Shown piece after piece: positions 1 to 10,620 of a DNA stretch of 64,000 bases. Source of the stretch: Podarcis vaucheri. Its lineage: Eukaryota. A program made the translations under genes and the position numbers. The notes under the pieces were generated by a model. It searched no databases. It saw nothing but the letters and a program-made list of their open reading frames with translations, and was not told where the DNA came from. The stretch is from NCBI GenBank assembly GCA_965113315.1, contig OZ220376.1. The stretch is one strand, 5' to 3'. Position 1 is the stretch's first letter. Each line of letters opens with the position of its first letter.

Positions 1-174
1 CCTCCAGTTCTGAACACAGCATTCTTTCAAGTTTGTTGTAAGGCAGCCAGAAGTGGGGCACTTTAACTTATTAGTAAAGAGATATTGTGCATTCCCAGGC
101 TGTGAACCTTACCTCTGTCCCAGGCAAGTAGGTCAAAAACTTTCTCACTACACGGATGGCCTTTAACTGATTAA

Positions 175-392
175 GGATAAGGCTATATCAATGGCTCCTA
201 GTCACAGTGTTGAATTATCTTCTCTGTCAAAGGCAGTATGCCTCTAAAAACCAATTTTGGGTACACAAGCCAGAGAGTGGTATTGGGCTCATGGGCTTCC
301 CATTGGGACATTTGATTGGTGACTATGGGAAAAAGATAGCTGGATTAAATAGGCCTTTGGTTGGATCCAACAGGGCTCTTATTTTGCTCTAA
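175..392 (+). mobile_element. Decayed CR1-type LINE 3' end/3'UTR
   Basis: Resembles the squamate CR1 3' terminus (ggcta..tcaatggct..tag...ggcagtatgcctct...gggcttcccattggg...gctggattaaataggcctttggttggatccaacagggctctt); recognised by eye. Confidence 0.6.
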
Positions 393-399
393 AATAATC

Positions 400-605
400 C
401 TACCTAGATTTAGTTTATTTACCCTCATCCAGTCAGTAACTGAATCTAAACAGGCACACAGAGACCTAAATGCTAACTTAAATATGATGTAAAGGAGAAA
501 TAGAGCCAAGTCATCAGTTTATATTGATGACAGCTGACCCATATAACCTTTCCCATAAGTTTAATATAGATGTTAAATAGAATGGGTGAAAAAGAGAACT
601 CTAGG
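400..605 (-). mobile_element. L2 LINE reverse-transcriptase fragment
   Basis: Minus strand reads SPILFNIYIKLMGKVI..CHQY-(x)DD..LYFS..ACLDSVTDWMRVNKLNL with frameshifts, matching L2 RT motifs (LSPxLFNIYM..CHQYADD..WMxxNKLKLN). Confidence 0.7.
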
Positions 606-2342
606 CTCGGCTAGGGGTGGACATTTCTGAAGATCTTGATGTTGAGCTAATCCTCCCAGATTTTTTCTAATTCTATCTTGCTTCTTGATCGTCATTAGAG
701 GCAAGTTAAAATAATGACAAATTTGCTTTTAAAAATGAAAAATCCTCATGTATTATATGCATTATTATACCTATAATATTATATTTATATTATATGTGTA
801 TACGCTCCAGCTTTCCTAAAATAACATATATAACCATTTTCTTTTTCTAAAGAAACCAAATAATTTTCCTTTACCACCTTTTTTTATAATCTTCCTACAA
901 CAAAAAAAAGATAGCAAAAATCCAAAACTACATTGTGACAAAGCACAGAAGCCACAACAAAAACAGTACAGAACCTTTCAGACTTTATCCTAAAACAAGA
1001 AGTTAGAAATAGCATATCACCAAACCTATTTTGCTATGTATCACAAAAATGAAAATGAAAGTGATAAAAGAGGTGCTAAGGTACATGCAGTTCTAGTGCA
1101 TTTAGTTATATGTACTGTCATATTTCTCAAGCTTGTAGGATGCCCTTTTTGAGAATAAAAGTTTATTTTCATTCTCAAAACTATTCAGTGACAACAATTT
1201 TGGGCAAAAAGAAAAAGAAAAAAGTGACTGGGGGTATTGGAGCGATAAATGGTGTTGGCTTGTTTATGTGTTGCCACAAACTCTGTGCAGTATTAACCAT
1301 TTCCCTGTACTCATTAAAAGGCACAGCAGCTGTTGGGCGGGGCACAGCAGGTTGATCTGAGACACTGCAATTCCAGAGTATTTTTCAGAGTATTTCCATA
1401 AAAGCTGTGTGTGTGTCAATATCTACCCAATATTTTTTTTATAATACTTTCAAGTTAGAGAAAAAAGTATTTTGGATAATGAAAAGTTAAATTGATCTTT
1501 TTGGAGAGAAAATGGTAGAAACAAGTGTTCCATCACATTTTAAAAGTGTTTATTTATTTATTGGGCATGGAGGTGTAATTATAAATAATACATGAATTAA
1601 AAAACTTACATGGCATGGCTTAATTTCTAAATAGCATAGTCCCCAACTGCCCCCAAAATATCGTGGCCATCACCAAAACCCATCTCACTATATAGACTTC
1701 TCACAATATCATGCAGAATCATGATCTCTGCATTCGGGAAGGGGGGTTAGGGGGAGGAGGAAGAGGTAAACTGGCCCCTCATGTTGACACAGCTGGATCT
1801 ATGGGGAGGGGAGGGGTTACCAGTTGCTGCTGCTGTGCTCTTCAGATCTGCTTGTCAGTACCACTTAATGCATCTGACTACGGTGATGGGGGAGGCAGGA
1901 GCGGCTTAGCAGGGCCCGGCTTGCACAGGGACCCTTCTGTGGTCATAGAGACTACATTGTTGGAAAGGAAATGCCGCATTATAAACATCCAGTGCTGGTG
2001 CCTCCTCTGGTGCCCAAGGTGTACAGATGGAAGCCTCATGGTTTTATCACAAATAATCTCATGCACCCACATATAACGAAGACATTTGCCGATATGGTAA
2101 CAGCCATTGGGGCAGCTCAGCCAGCCCCACCCTTTCCCTGTATTCCATAAATACAGTATAGGGGGAGTGGGAGGACTGATGTAGAATAGAATGTCCCTAT
2201 TTTCATCTGAGAAATGTTGGAGAGTTTGAAATAGGATTGGAGTCAATGTTGCTTGAAAATCATACTTGGACACTTTTGCATGGAAGCTCTTTCCCTTTCC
2301 ATAGGTCTGCAAAGAATATTTGATGTTTTTTCAGTGAGGAGA

Positions 2343-2648
2343 CAGTGGCGCTCTGCACATGTGGAATAGCATACTTTCCTAAATAAGTACTGGAAGCTAG
2401 TCTGGCATCTTCATTGCATATCTTTAGGCATCAGACAAAAATATCCCTCTTCTCCCAGGCCATTTGCTAATTAAACAATCTATGGCCTTTTAGTTAGAGA
2501 GTGTGTGTGTGTGTGTGTATGTGTGTTGGAGGTGTTGTTTTTGTTTGTTATTATGGTATTTATTTTTGTGGGCAGTTTTTATATTGTAAAGTGTCCTGTG
2601 ATGTTTGGATGAAGGGTGGTATGAAAATGTGAATAATAATAATAATAA
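2343..2648 (+). mobile_element. L2 LINE 3' end with (GT)n and (TAA)n tail
   Basis: tttaggcatcagacaaaa..cctcttctcccaggcc..tatggccttt..tttatattgtaaa..cctgtgat..ggatgaagggtggtat..aataataat. The same 3'UTR occurs at 19600-19781 and 41395-41470. Confidence 0.7.
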
Positions 2649-2672
2649 GTAGTAGTAGTAGTAGTAGTAGTA

Positions 2673-3013
2673 TAGTGGTGCCCCGCAAGACGAATGCCTC
2701 GCAAGATGAAAAACTCGCTAGACGAAAGAGTTTTCTGTTTTGGAGGTGCTTCGCAAAACGAATCTCCTATGGGCTTGCTTCGCAAGACGAAAATGTCTTG
2801 CGAGTTCCTGCGGGTTTTTCCCCTCCCCCCTTTTCTAAGCCGCTAAGCCGCTTATCCACTTATCCGCTAAGCCGATAAGCCGCTAAAAGCCGCTAAAAGC
2901 CACTAATAGCGCTAATCCGCTAATCCGTCAATGGGCTTGCTTTGCAAGACGAAAAAACCGCTAGACGAAGAGACTCACAGAACGGATTCTTTTCGTCTTG
3001 CGAGGCACCACTG
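2673..3013. mobile_element. Tc1/mariner (pogo/Tigger-like) MITE
   Basis: TIRs tagtggtgccccgcaagacgaa / ttcgtcttgcgaggcaccactg, with TA on both flanks (2671-72, 3014-15). Contains repeated cgcaagacgaa-like subterminal motifs and an internal (taagccgc)n-type minisatellite; CpG-rich. Confidence 0.9.
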
Positions 3014-3634
3014 TAGTACAGTAGTACAGTAGTACAGTAGTACAATACAACTGAAGAAACATATAGTACTTATAACTAATAAACCTACCACTGAAGACTA
3101 TTTTGTATAAGTATGTAGAAATAGCTCACACTAGAAATAAAAAGATTACATAAGAAGCAAGAAAGGTTTTCTGGAGCTAGGCTAGACAGCACAATAATGA
3201 ATGGCTGCCATCTAAAAACAGGATCTGTGTCTATCTTCTATTCCATACTATTTAGTATGTAGAAAGTCATCATAACTTTCTACATAGGAAATTTACAGTT
3301 AAGTTATAGCTAATGTCAGAGCAAAAAGAACTAACTTCCTTAAGGATACTAATTTTGTCATTTGTAATTTTCAATCAAGTAAATATACAATAGTTGAATA
3401 GTTTGTAGCTGTTAATGTAAATCAGCCATTTGAATATTCAAACACTTAAACTGGCTATCTGTAGTATTGGATCTTTTCATTCTTTGTTTGAAGTAATAAT
3501 TCCACTTCTTTTGCCTGAGGCTCTTAGCTGGATATTGGCAACAGTGAATCTGTTTTAGTATATTTGAAAATCTACTGATGTTAGGTATATATTTAAGGGA
3601 CTTCAAAATAATTCAATACAGCATAGTCCTGTTA

Positions 3635-3997
3635 GGGACGCGGGTGGCGCTGTGGGTAAAACCTCAGCGCCTAGGACTTGCCGATCGCATGGTCGGCGGT
3701 TTGAATCCCCGTGGCGGGGTGCGCTCCCGTCGTTTGGTCCCAGCGCCTGCCAACCTAGCAGTTTGAAAGCACCCCTGGGTGCAAGTAGATAAATAGGGAC
3801 CGCTTACCAGCGGGAAGGTAAACGGCGTTTCCATGTGCTGCGCTGGCTCGCCAGATGCAGCTTGTCACGCTGGCCACGTGACCCGGAAGTGTCTGCGGAC
3901 AGTGCTGGCTCCCGGTCTCTAGAGTGAGATGAGCGCACAACCCTAGAGTCTGTCAAGACTGGCCCGTACGGGCAGGGGTACCTTTACCTTTACCTTT
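3635..3997 (+). mobile_element. Sauria SINE, full length
   Basis: tRNA-like head (gggacgcgggtggcgctgtgg; B box ggtttgaatccc), Sauria body, (acctt/accttt)n tail, and 10-bp TSD tagtcctgtt (3624-3633 / 3999-4008). Confidence 0.95.
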
Positions 3998-5487
3998 GTA
4001 GTCCTGTTGAAAATACTTACTGAAAGCAATTCAGTTTTTATGTCTTGTTTTTATTTAATAGTGTAACTAGAGAATTCCATCGGAAAAGTTGTTTCTTTTT
4101 ATTATTTTTGTACAGGCTTTTGCCTGTTATTATTTGCTATCTTTGTGTGTCTGTTGTAATCAAAAGTATATAAAAACATGTGCTCCTTAGGTTCTTACTC
4201 TGGGATGTCTCCTTTCAGTCCGGTTATCTTTGAACTGATAGACTTTAAAAATGCTCAGAGTTGCTAACTTAACAATTGAAAACTTCAGTCAACAGAATAT
4301 TTATGGAAAGGGAAGAAACTTGGACAGCCTGATTGAGCTTACTATGCATGTCACCATTTTAAACAGACATGCCCCTCAAAATAGCGGTTGGTCAGTTTTT
4401 TGGCCGTTTTAGGGAATTTATTCCATGGATTTGTTCAGAATCATGGTTGGGGGTTGCCTGGTTATTCCTGCTCTGCCAGCCAGTCTGAAAGGCAGGCTGA
4501 CTTCTTCCCTCAGTAACATGGAAGACTTTGGAGAACCTACCAACCTTGGTTGGAGGGAGGAGCTATCTTGAGGGGAATAATGCCCTCCAGGATCTACTGG
4601 AAATAGAAATTGGTTTCAGATTTTATTTTAGGGCACATGCTCTCCCGCTACACAAGCTAGACCTAGTCGGTGAGCCATGAATGATTATGGTAGGATTCAG
4701 TTTCAGTACTTGTTTGATACTAATATTGTTGTAACAAAACCATAATAGCTTTACCCTAGTGTTACTGAAGAACCTTACACTATTCACATGGAAATGACAC
4801 GCTTTTCTTAGTTTGCAAATATGAGGCTGCAAAGTCATGAACATTTTCAGGATAGAATTTTGAGGACTTCTGAGTAAATATGTATGGGACGGAGATGTTA
4901 GCTAAATAAAGTGAGTTTCACTCATTATCTCGACTGAGGTTAACAAATGGTTAACCTAGACCGAGGTTAACAAATGGTTTCACATATACCAAAAGGTAGA
5001 AAAAATGAGTGACTTAAATACAGTAACTTACTATAAGCAAAGTGGATACACTACATTTGAAAACATAGTTGATGTCAACATCCTTTTTCAGATAAGCTGT
5101 GTGCTTTAAAAGATAAATGTTATGCTAAAATGCTGGGAAACATATCACAAGGTACTCTTCTGAATTCAAAATATGATGCACAAGTGAAACTTTCTACCAG
5201 ATGGAACCAAATCCATAAACCTCTTGAAGTAATTGTGTAGGATGTGTAAACAGCTGACAATCTATAAGCCATACACTCATGATTTATGGAATGAATATTC
5301 ATTAATGTTTGACTTTTAATGAGAACCATTCAACGAGTGTTTTAATTTTGGAGTCTAAACTTCTGTTTAATTTCTCTTGTGGTATTTCAGTTTCTACTTC
5401 CTACCATTTTATAATGTTGATCACTTTCATAACAAGCATCTTTTTAAATCCTCTTAGGTGCCGTTTATTCTTTCCCAGTAGTTGATA

Positions 5488-5560
5488 CTCCTCCTCCTCC
5501 TCTCCTCCTCCTCCTCCTCCTCCTCCTCCTTCTTCTTCCTCTTCCTCTTCCTCTTCCTCT
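5488..5560. repeat. Compound (CCT)n/(CTT)n/(CTCTTC)n microsatellite
   Basis: Directly visible; it produces the KRKRK/EEEE run in ORF 5454..5723. Confidence 0.95.
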
Positions 5561-5646
5561 TTGCTCTCTCCATCTCCTCCCCAGTGATTTTAACTTTCTT
5601 ATACCATGCTCCACTTCTAGCATGATACTTAAAGTGTGTAATCAGC

Positions 5647-5702
5647 CATTTAGAGACCTGCGGGTATAGGGTGGTATATAAATTCAATAAATAAAATAAA
5701 TA
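5647..5702 (+). mobile_element. Heavily 5'-truncated L2/SINE 3' tail insertion
   Basis: agagacctgcgggtatagggtggtatataaattcaataaataaaataaa flanked by the direct repeat tgtaatcagc (5637-5646 / 5703-5712). Confidence 0.55.
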
Positions 5703-6196
5703 TGTAATCAGCATCACCACCATGGACAGTCAATTTGCTTGCAGCAAATCCTACTGGTCAGCAAGGCAGTAGGAGCTGCAACCAATAGTGTAACAAACTC
5801 ACAGAGTAGCTCTAGATTAAACAAAACAGGTAGGTGGTAACCATAAGAGTGGGAGTGAAAGAGCCACCAGAAACACCAAGAATTGAGCAGGTAGATGGAA
5901 GCAGGGGAACCAGAACTGCAAACAGACATAGTGGCATTGTAGTGACATTTTAAAATATAGAATTGAATATAACACAGATATCTTACAGCAATAGATGTCC
6001 TACCAGTGCTCTCCATATTTTAGTGTTACTCAGAGTCTAGTTTGCAGGACACTTTGAATTAAATTTAACTGTCTACATATTTAATGCAGTTGCCCCTCTT
6101 GTGGAGGTCAATGAAAAGTTCTTGCCTGCCTAAAATATACAAGGAAGATATATTTCACTGAATGTATTTACTGCATGCCTATGGGTTGGTGCATAA

Positions 6197-6553
6197 AGGT
6201 AAAGGTACCCCTGCCCGAACGGGCCAGTCTTGACAGACTGTGGGGTTTGTGCGCCCATCTCACATCTATTGGCCGGGGGCCAGCGCTGTCCGGGGACACT
6301 TCCGGGTCACGTGGCCAGCGTGACATCGCTGCTCTGGCGAGCCAGAGCCGCACACGGAACGCCGTTTACCTTCCCGCTGGTAAGCGGTACCTATTTATCT
6401 ACTTGCCCCCGGGGGTGCTTTCGAACTGCTAGGTGGGCAGGCGCTGGGACCGAGCAGCGGGAGCGCACCCCGCCGCGGGGATTCGAACCGCCGACCTTTC
6501 GATCGGCAAGCCCTAGGCGTTGAGGCTTTAGCCCACAGCGCCACCCGCGTCCC
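6197..6553 (-). mobile_element. Sauria SINE, full length, young
   Basis: Complete reverse-complement copy with intact B box (ggattcgaacc on +), CpGs retained, and 17-bp TSD tatgggttggtgcataa (6180-6196 / 6555-6571). Confidence 0.95.
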
Positions 6554-7719
6554 TTATGGGTTGGTGCATAAGGATCTTCTAAATGTTATACACCTTGTGT
6601 GAAATACTGATAGGGTTGCTGTTTGGTGACCACTAAATCAGTCCTATGTTTCTGAGAGATGGGTCTTAAAGAGAAACAAAAAAGGAGTCTCCTTTTGCTC
6701 CTTCAAATTGGAAGTTCCAAGAAAGGCATTTTTCTCTGTAGAAGATTCACGAGTAACTTATCACAGTCAGAAAACTTACAGCTTTGGACTAAAATGGGCT
6801 TCACTAGACAGAGTCTTTATGAAAGTGGGTTCACTACTGAGCGTGCTCCAGCATGTGCTATAAGAAGTGGAACTTGGTGCATGGAGGGGACTTTCAATAA
6901 ACTGTCCACAGCAGATCAAGAGTATATTAGTGGCTCATTATAGAGACAGACTTTCTAAAGCTCATCTGTTATGACCACAAGATCCTCTGGCTTTAGTTAA
7001 GCTTCATGAACCAAAGCTTTGCTTCACAGATGATTGAAAGGATTGCTTCCTTTCTTTGCTCCAATATCAAGTTTTATGTGCAGAATTTTCTCCAGTTGGG
7101 CCAGGGGAATCAGTGACTCCAGTTCATTTATCAGGCAAAACAGTCCCTGAGATGTGGTAGGAGCTTTCAGATTGGCATGTCGTAAAAGGAAAAGTAAGAG
7201 TAACCTTAGTATCAACCTCATTGAACCTCTTGAGTTCCAAGCTGAACAAGATGCAGGTATTTTTTCTCCTTTGACACAGAGACAAATTAATTCTGTCCAA
7301 GAAGTTAAATATAGATAAATTTCAAGGGAAAAGGTACTTTGAAGCCTGTGAGTACTCAGAAACACATTTAAGATATCACGCTAAGCTGGTTCACTAAATC
7401 AATGCCTCCCACTGTAGTGATCCCATTCTCTTCCAAGCAGTCCCTTTGGCTATTAATTCAGATCCTTCAGTGCCAACCTCTTCTCATTCTTCAGTATCAA
7501 CAACGAAGACTGTGATGGTGAAATTTCATCACTACACTTCCACCGAGACCAATGTAACTGCTAGTCAGAGAGTTGCAGATAATATTTGTAGGAATAAATG
7601 GAAGTCCTCATCCCTAAGCCCAGCACTCCTATTGCTCTAGTCACAAATACATCATGTACAGTGTGCCAAATGTACAGATTAAAAGGAAAGGGTGGAACCT
7701 TTGATGTAAGGAAGCAAAG

Positions 7720-8170
7720 GTCATTGTGTGGGTCTCCTGCCCTTTTCTTTATAGAGGTGGCCATACCAGATTCACTTTTAAGAGGGGAAACCATGTTCCC
7801 TCTTGTGAATGAAATTGACTAGAAGTAAAACTATTTTAAAAGTTATTTAGCCATGAGGCATTGCTGCTAGAGAAAGTGGTGCCATTGCTTGTGTTATGAA
7901 CTTTTAAAAGGTTGCATATTTTGTGTTTCATTTTTTCAGTCAACCACACGGGATATGAAACTGCATAGAGCTTTACAGGGCCTGCAGCTCCTGCCCTGAG
8001 CAGGGGACCCCAGGGTTTCTGTGTGGTTCAGGGATGGGACCAATGCTCTTTTTGACCATCATAGGTTGGCCACAGTAAGGGAATTCTATTTACAAATTTG
8101 TATTCTTTTCTCATCAGAAAGATATTTTATATCAGATTTTTATGTTGTCCACCACTAGAAAACTAGAAAA
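7720..8170 (+). mobile_element. Possible DIRS-like RT N-terminal remnant
   Basis: Frameshifted reads WV..LYRGGHTRFTF, EALLLEK/GAIACV..YFVFHFFSQP and VREFYLQICILFS/HQK resemble DIRS RT motifs (WVL..GYxIxF; EVxxLLxKGAIExV..FYSxYFxVP; LKDAYxHIxIxPxH). Very degraded. Confidence 0.35.
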
Positions 8171-8700
8171 GAAAGAGAGAGGGGTTACAGGCAGATGAGT
8201 TTCTGACATTGCCACTTGTGATTATTTCTCAGTCAATTTTAGTCTGTACTGGTTTCAAGCATTTCATGACAAGGCTTCAGGCTCTGTGGCTTTGGGGATT
8301 TATTAACTGAACATCCCCTGAACTGATGCCTTTGGAAGCCCAGTCCGTCCCCAGTACTGCTGGCCTTTATCTCCAGGGGTATGGCCCCAGAATGTCTGAT
8401 GCCTGACCACAGCATGAGTTTACTAAACCAGGTATGGACTGTCAGGTGCCTCTTGGAACACCTGCCTTCATTGCTGCAATAGTCTTGACAACACTTGTTG
8501 ACTATGTGGCCCAGAGGGTGACAGATTCTGACTTTGGCTTGTAGACCACTCTCATGAATTAGCTATTGGGTTTCTTTTTTTTTAAAAAAAAGTTTTTTAA
8601 ATTAAAGTTTGAAAAAAATCCATATGCAAAAGTTAACACCCAATAACAAGGTGTTGGGTTTCTAACAATTCTACTCCTGTAAAGATACCATCCGATTCTA

Positions 8701-8999
8701 GGGACGCAGGTGGCGCTGTGGTCTAAACCATTGAACCTCTTGGGCTTGCTGGTCAGAAGGTTGGCAGTTCAAATCTGCATGACAAGCTGAGCTCCCGTTG
8801 CTCTGTCTTAGCTTCTGCCAACCTAGCAGTTTGAAAGTGTACCAGTGCAAGTAGATAAATAGGTACCACTGTGGCGGGAAGATAAATGGCGTTTCCATGT
8901 GCTCTGGCTTCTGTCACAGTGTCCTGTTGCTCCAGAAATGGTTTAGTCATGCTGGCTACATGACCTAGAAAGCTCTCTGTGGACAAACACCAGCTCCCT
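8701..8999 (+). mobile_element. Sauria SINE, older subfamily, 3'-truncated
   Basis: gggacgcaggtggcgctgtggtctaaacca head and gcaagtagataaataggtacc core; CpG-decayed; no tail. Confidence 0.9.
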
Positions 9000-9019
9000 A
9001 TGAAAGGACCACTGAAAAG

Positions 9020-9755
9020 ATTATTGGGTTCAAATTAGGCCACCTGAGCGAGTTTTGGCTTAGCATTGGATATCACCCATATCATCCAACCCATCTGCTG
9101 GACAATTACCAGAAGGGTCAAATCTGCAGAAGGGTTGACATATGACATATATCAAATAGGTACAATCCCAACAGGTTCACCGCATTGGGGAGTGCTACGG
9201 TCCTTGGTTCCCATCTCAGTGTACAGACAGAAGCACCTTACACCAGGATTTCTTTAATGAGATACCCCACCACCTTGGAGAGGAAGGCAGAAGCTTATAT
9301 CTCCTCCTCTGACACAGACTAAAGATCTTACCCAATGTTATATCCCCCAAAGTTGTAATGATTGCTGTGAGGTAGGCAATAACCCCTAGATGGGCCCAAT
9401 TAGCCTGAGGGCAAAATTTTTCCCTGTCCTTCAATCTGGCGACCAAAGTGATTCATAGCAAAGTTGAATAAGATATAACACACAAGTGAAAGATTGCAAC
9501 AATGAATTAAGGGAGAGATCTGAAAGGCAACGGTGGTGTCGGTCAAGGAGGCAGGCCTGATTTTAAGGCTGTGGAGCAGGCCTGAATGAAGATTCCTTCA
9601 GGATTCCCAGTCAGCTCTGCCCTATCAAGGTCCCACTTCCGGGCCTATCTGCCATTGGCCCAGCACGGAGAGGCCAGATGATGGCAATGGGACTGTGTCG
9701 GGCTGCAACTGTCACACCATTTATAGGTAAGTGAGCAGAGATTTCTTTCTGCCAA
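9020..9755 (-). mobile_element. Non-coding repeat, possibly Ngaro/DIRS terminal region
   Basis: Minus strand has gggaaaaattttgccctcaggctaattggg..ggggttattgcctacctcacagca and ends ..gtggcctaatttgaacccaataa, resembling squamate Ngaro-type terminal motifs as I recall them. No coding motif seen. Confidence 0.3.
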
Positions 9756-9849
9756 ATTATAGAATCAGTGCCTAGAAAGCTTCTCAGCATGGACAGTCTT
9801 GATACCAAGCAACACCCTTGTTATTTAGAGAGCTTCTTGGCTTCAAGCT

Positions 9850-10620
9850 CTAGCCTTATTAACCAGAGTACCGCAGGCTCAGTACCAAGGGGTTTCTCAG
9901 TGCAGATGGCATTGATACAAAGTCACAGAATCAGAAACCACATGCCTTCTCATCAGCAGCATTTGAGCACTCTGATGACACGGACTTCCTTTATTCTTGA
10001 TTTCAAATGCTACTTAGAGCCCATGTTCATGCTTTCCCAAAAACTAAACTACACGGCATTGGCCTTCAGTAAAAGCAAAATCTTAGCTACTAGCATCCAG
10101 ATTTATACCCTAATGGAAAGAATATCAGAAGATGGACCTTCTGAGCAGAGAAATGTTATGACGGGGAAACCCAAATATGAATTGTGGAACAGAATCTTCA
10201 GTCACCTTCAGTCATTCCCTTTCACACAACAAACAAGGTTCTGAATGAAGGGAAATTTCTGGCATGCTCTCAACCCCGATGCTACTTTTAACATAAAGGC
10301 CATCAAGGACTCTAGCTCTGACAAAATTGTTCTTATTCTTGCTAGTATTGCTTGCTGCTTTCTAATCCTCATCATTAGGGGCCATGACAGTGCTCGTAAA
10401 GAAGAACAACTAGTTTGTACTTTGTAAAGAGACTCCCTGATGACTTTGACAACATACTCCTAGTTCAGGCCTAGATACTGAGTTGGAAGAACTAAGGGTT
10501 GCAGGGGCCGTGCTGCTTTTTCATACTATTATTGTCAAAACATGTACTTTGAATTCACACAGTTCTCTTCTCTTTGCTGATAATTGCTAGCAAGATTTCT
10601 GGACTTGGCTTACACAGTGA
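9850..10620 (+). mobile_element. Probable DIRS-like RNaseH / methyltransferase / tyrosine recombinase remnant
   Basis: In DIRS order: KLNYTALAFSKSK (~TDNxTAxAYINKQG), FIP*W..MDLLSRE (~HIPG..ADxLSR), *MKGNFWHALNP..KAIKDSSSDKIVLILA (~W..YAFPP..KIxxD..ILIA), VLFSLLIIASKISGLGL (~FLVAITSARRVSELxAL). Confidence 0.45.

Noticed and set aside
2835-2927. Short repeat array as a possible CRISPR-like structure
   Set aside because: A spacerless 8-10-bp minisatellite inside a MITE in vertebrate DNA.
3635-3720. tRNA-like A/B boxes (also near 6470-6553 and 43347)
   Set aside because: These are SINE heads, not tRNA genes.
5454-5723. ORF with KRKRK and poly-E
   Set aside because: It is a translation of a microsatellite plus an L2 tail.
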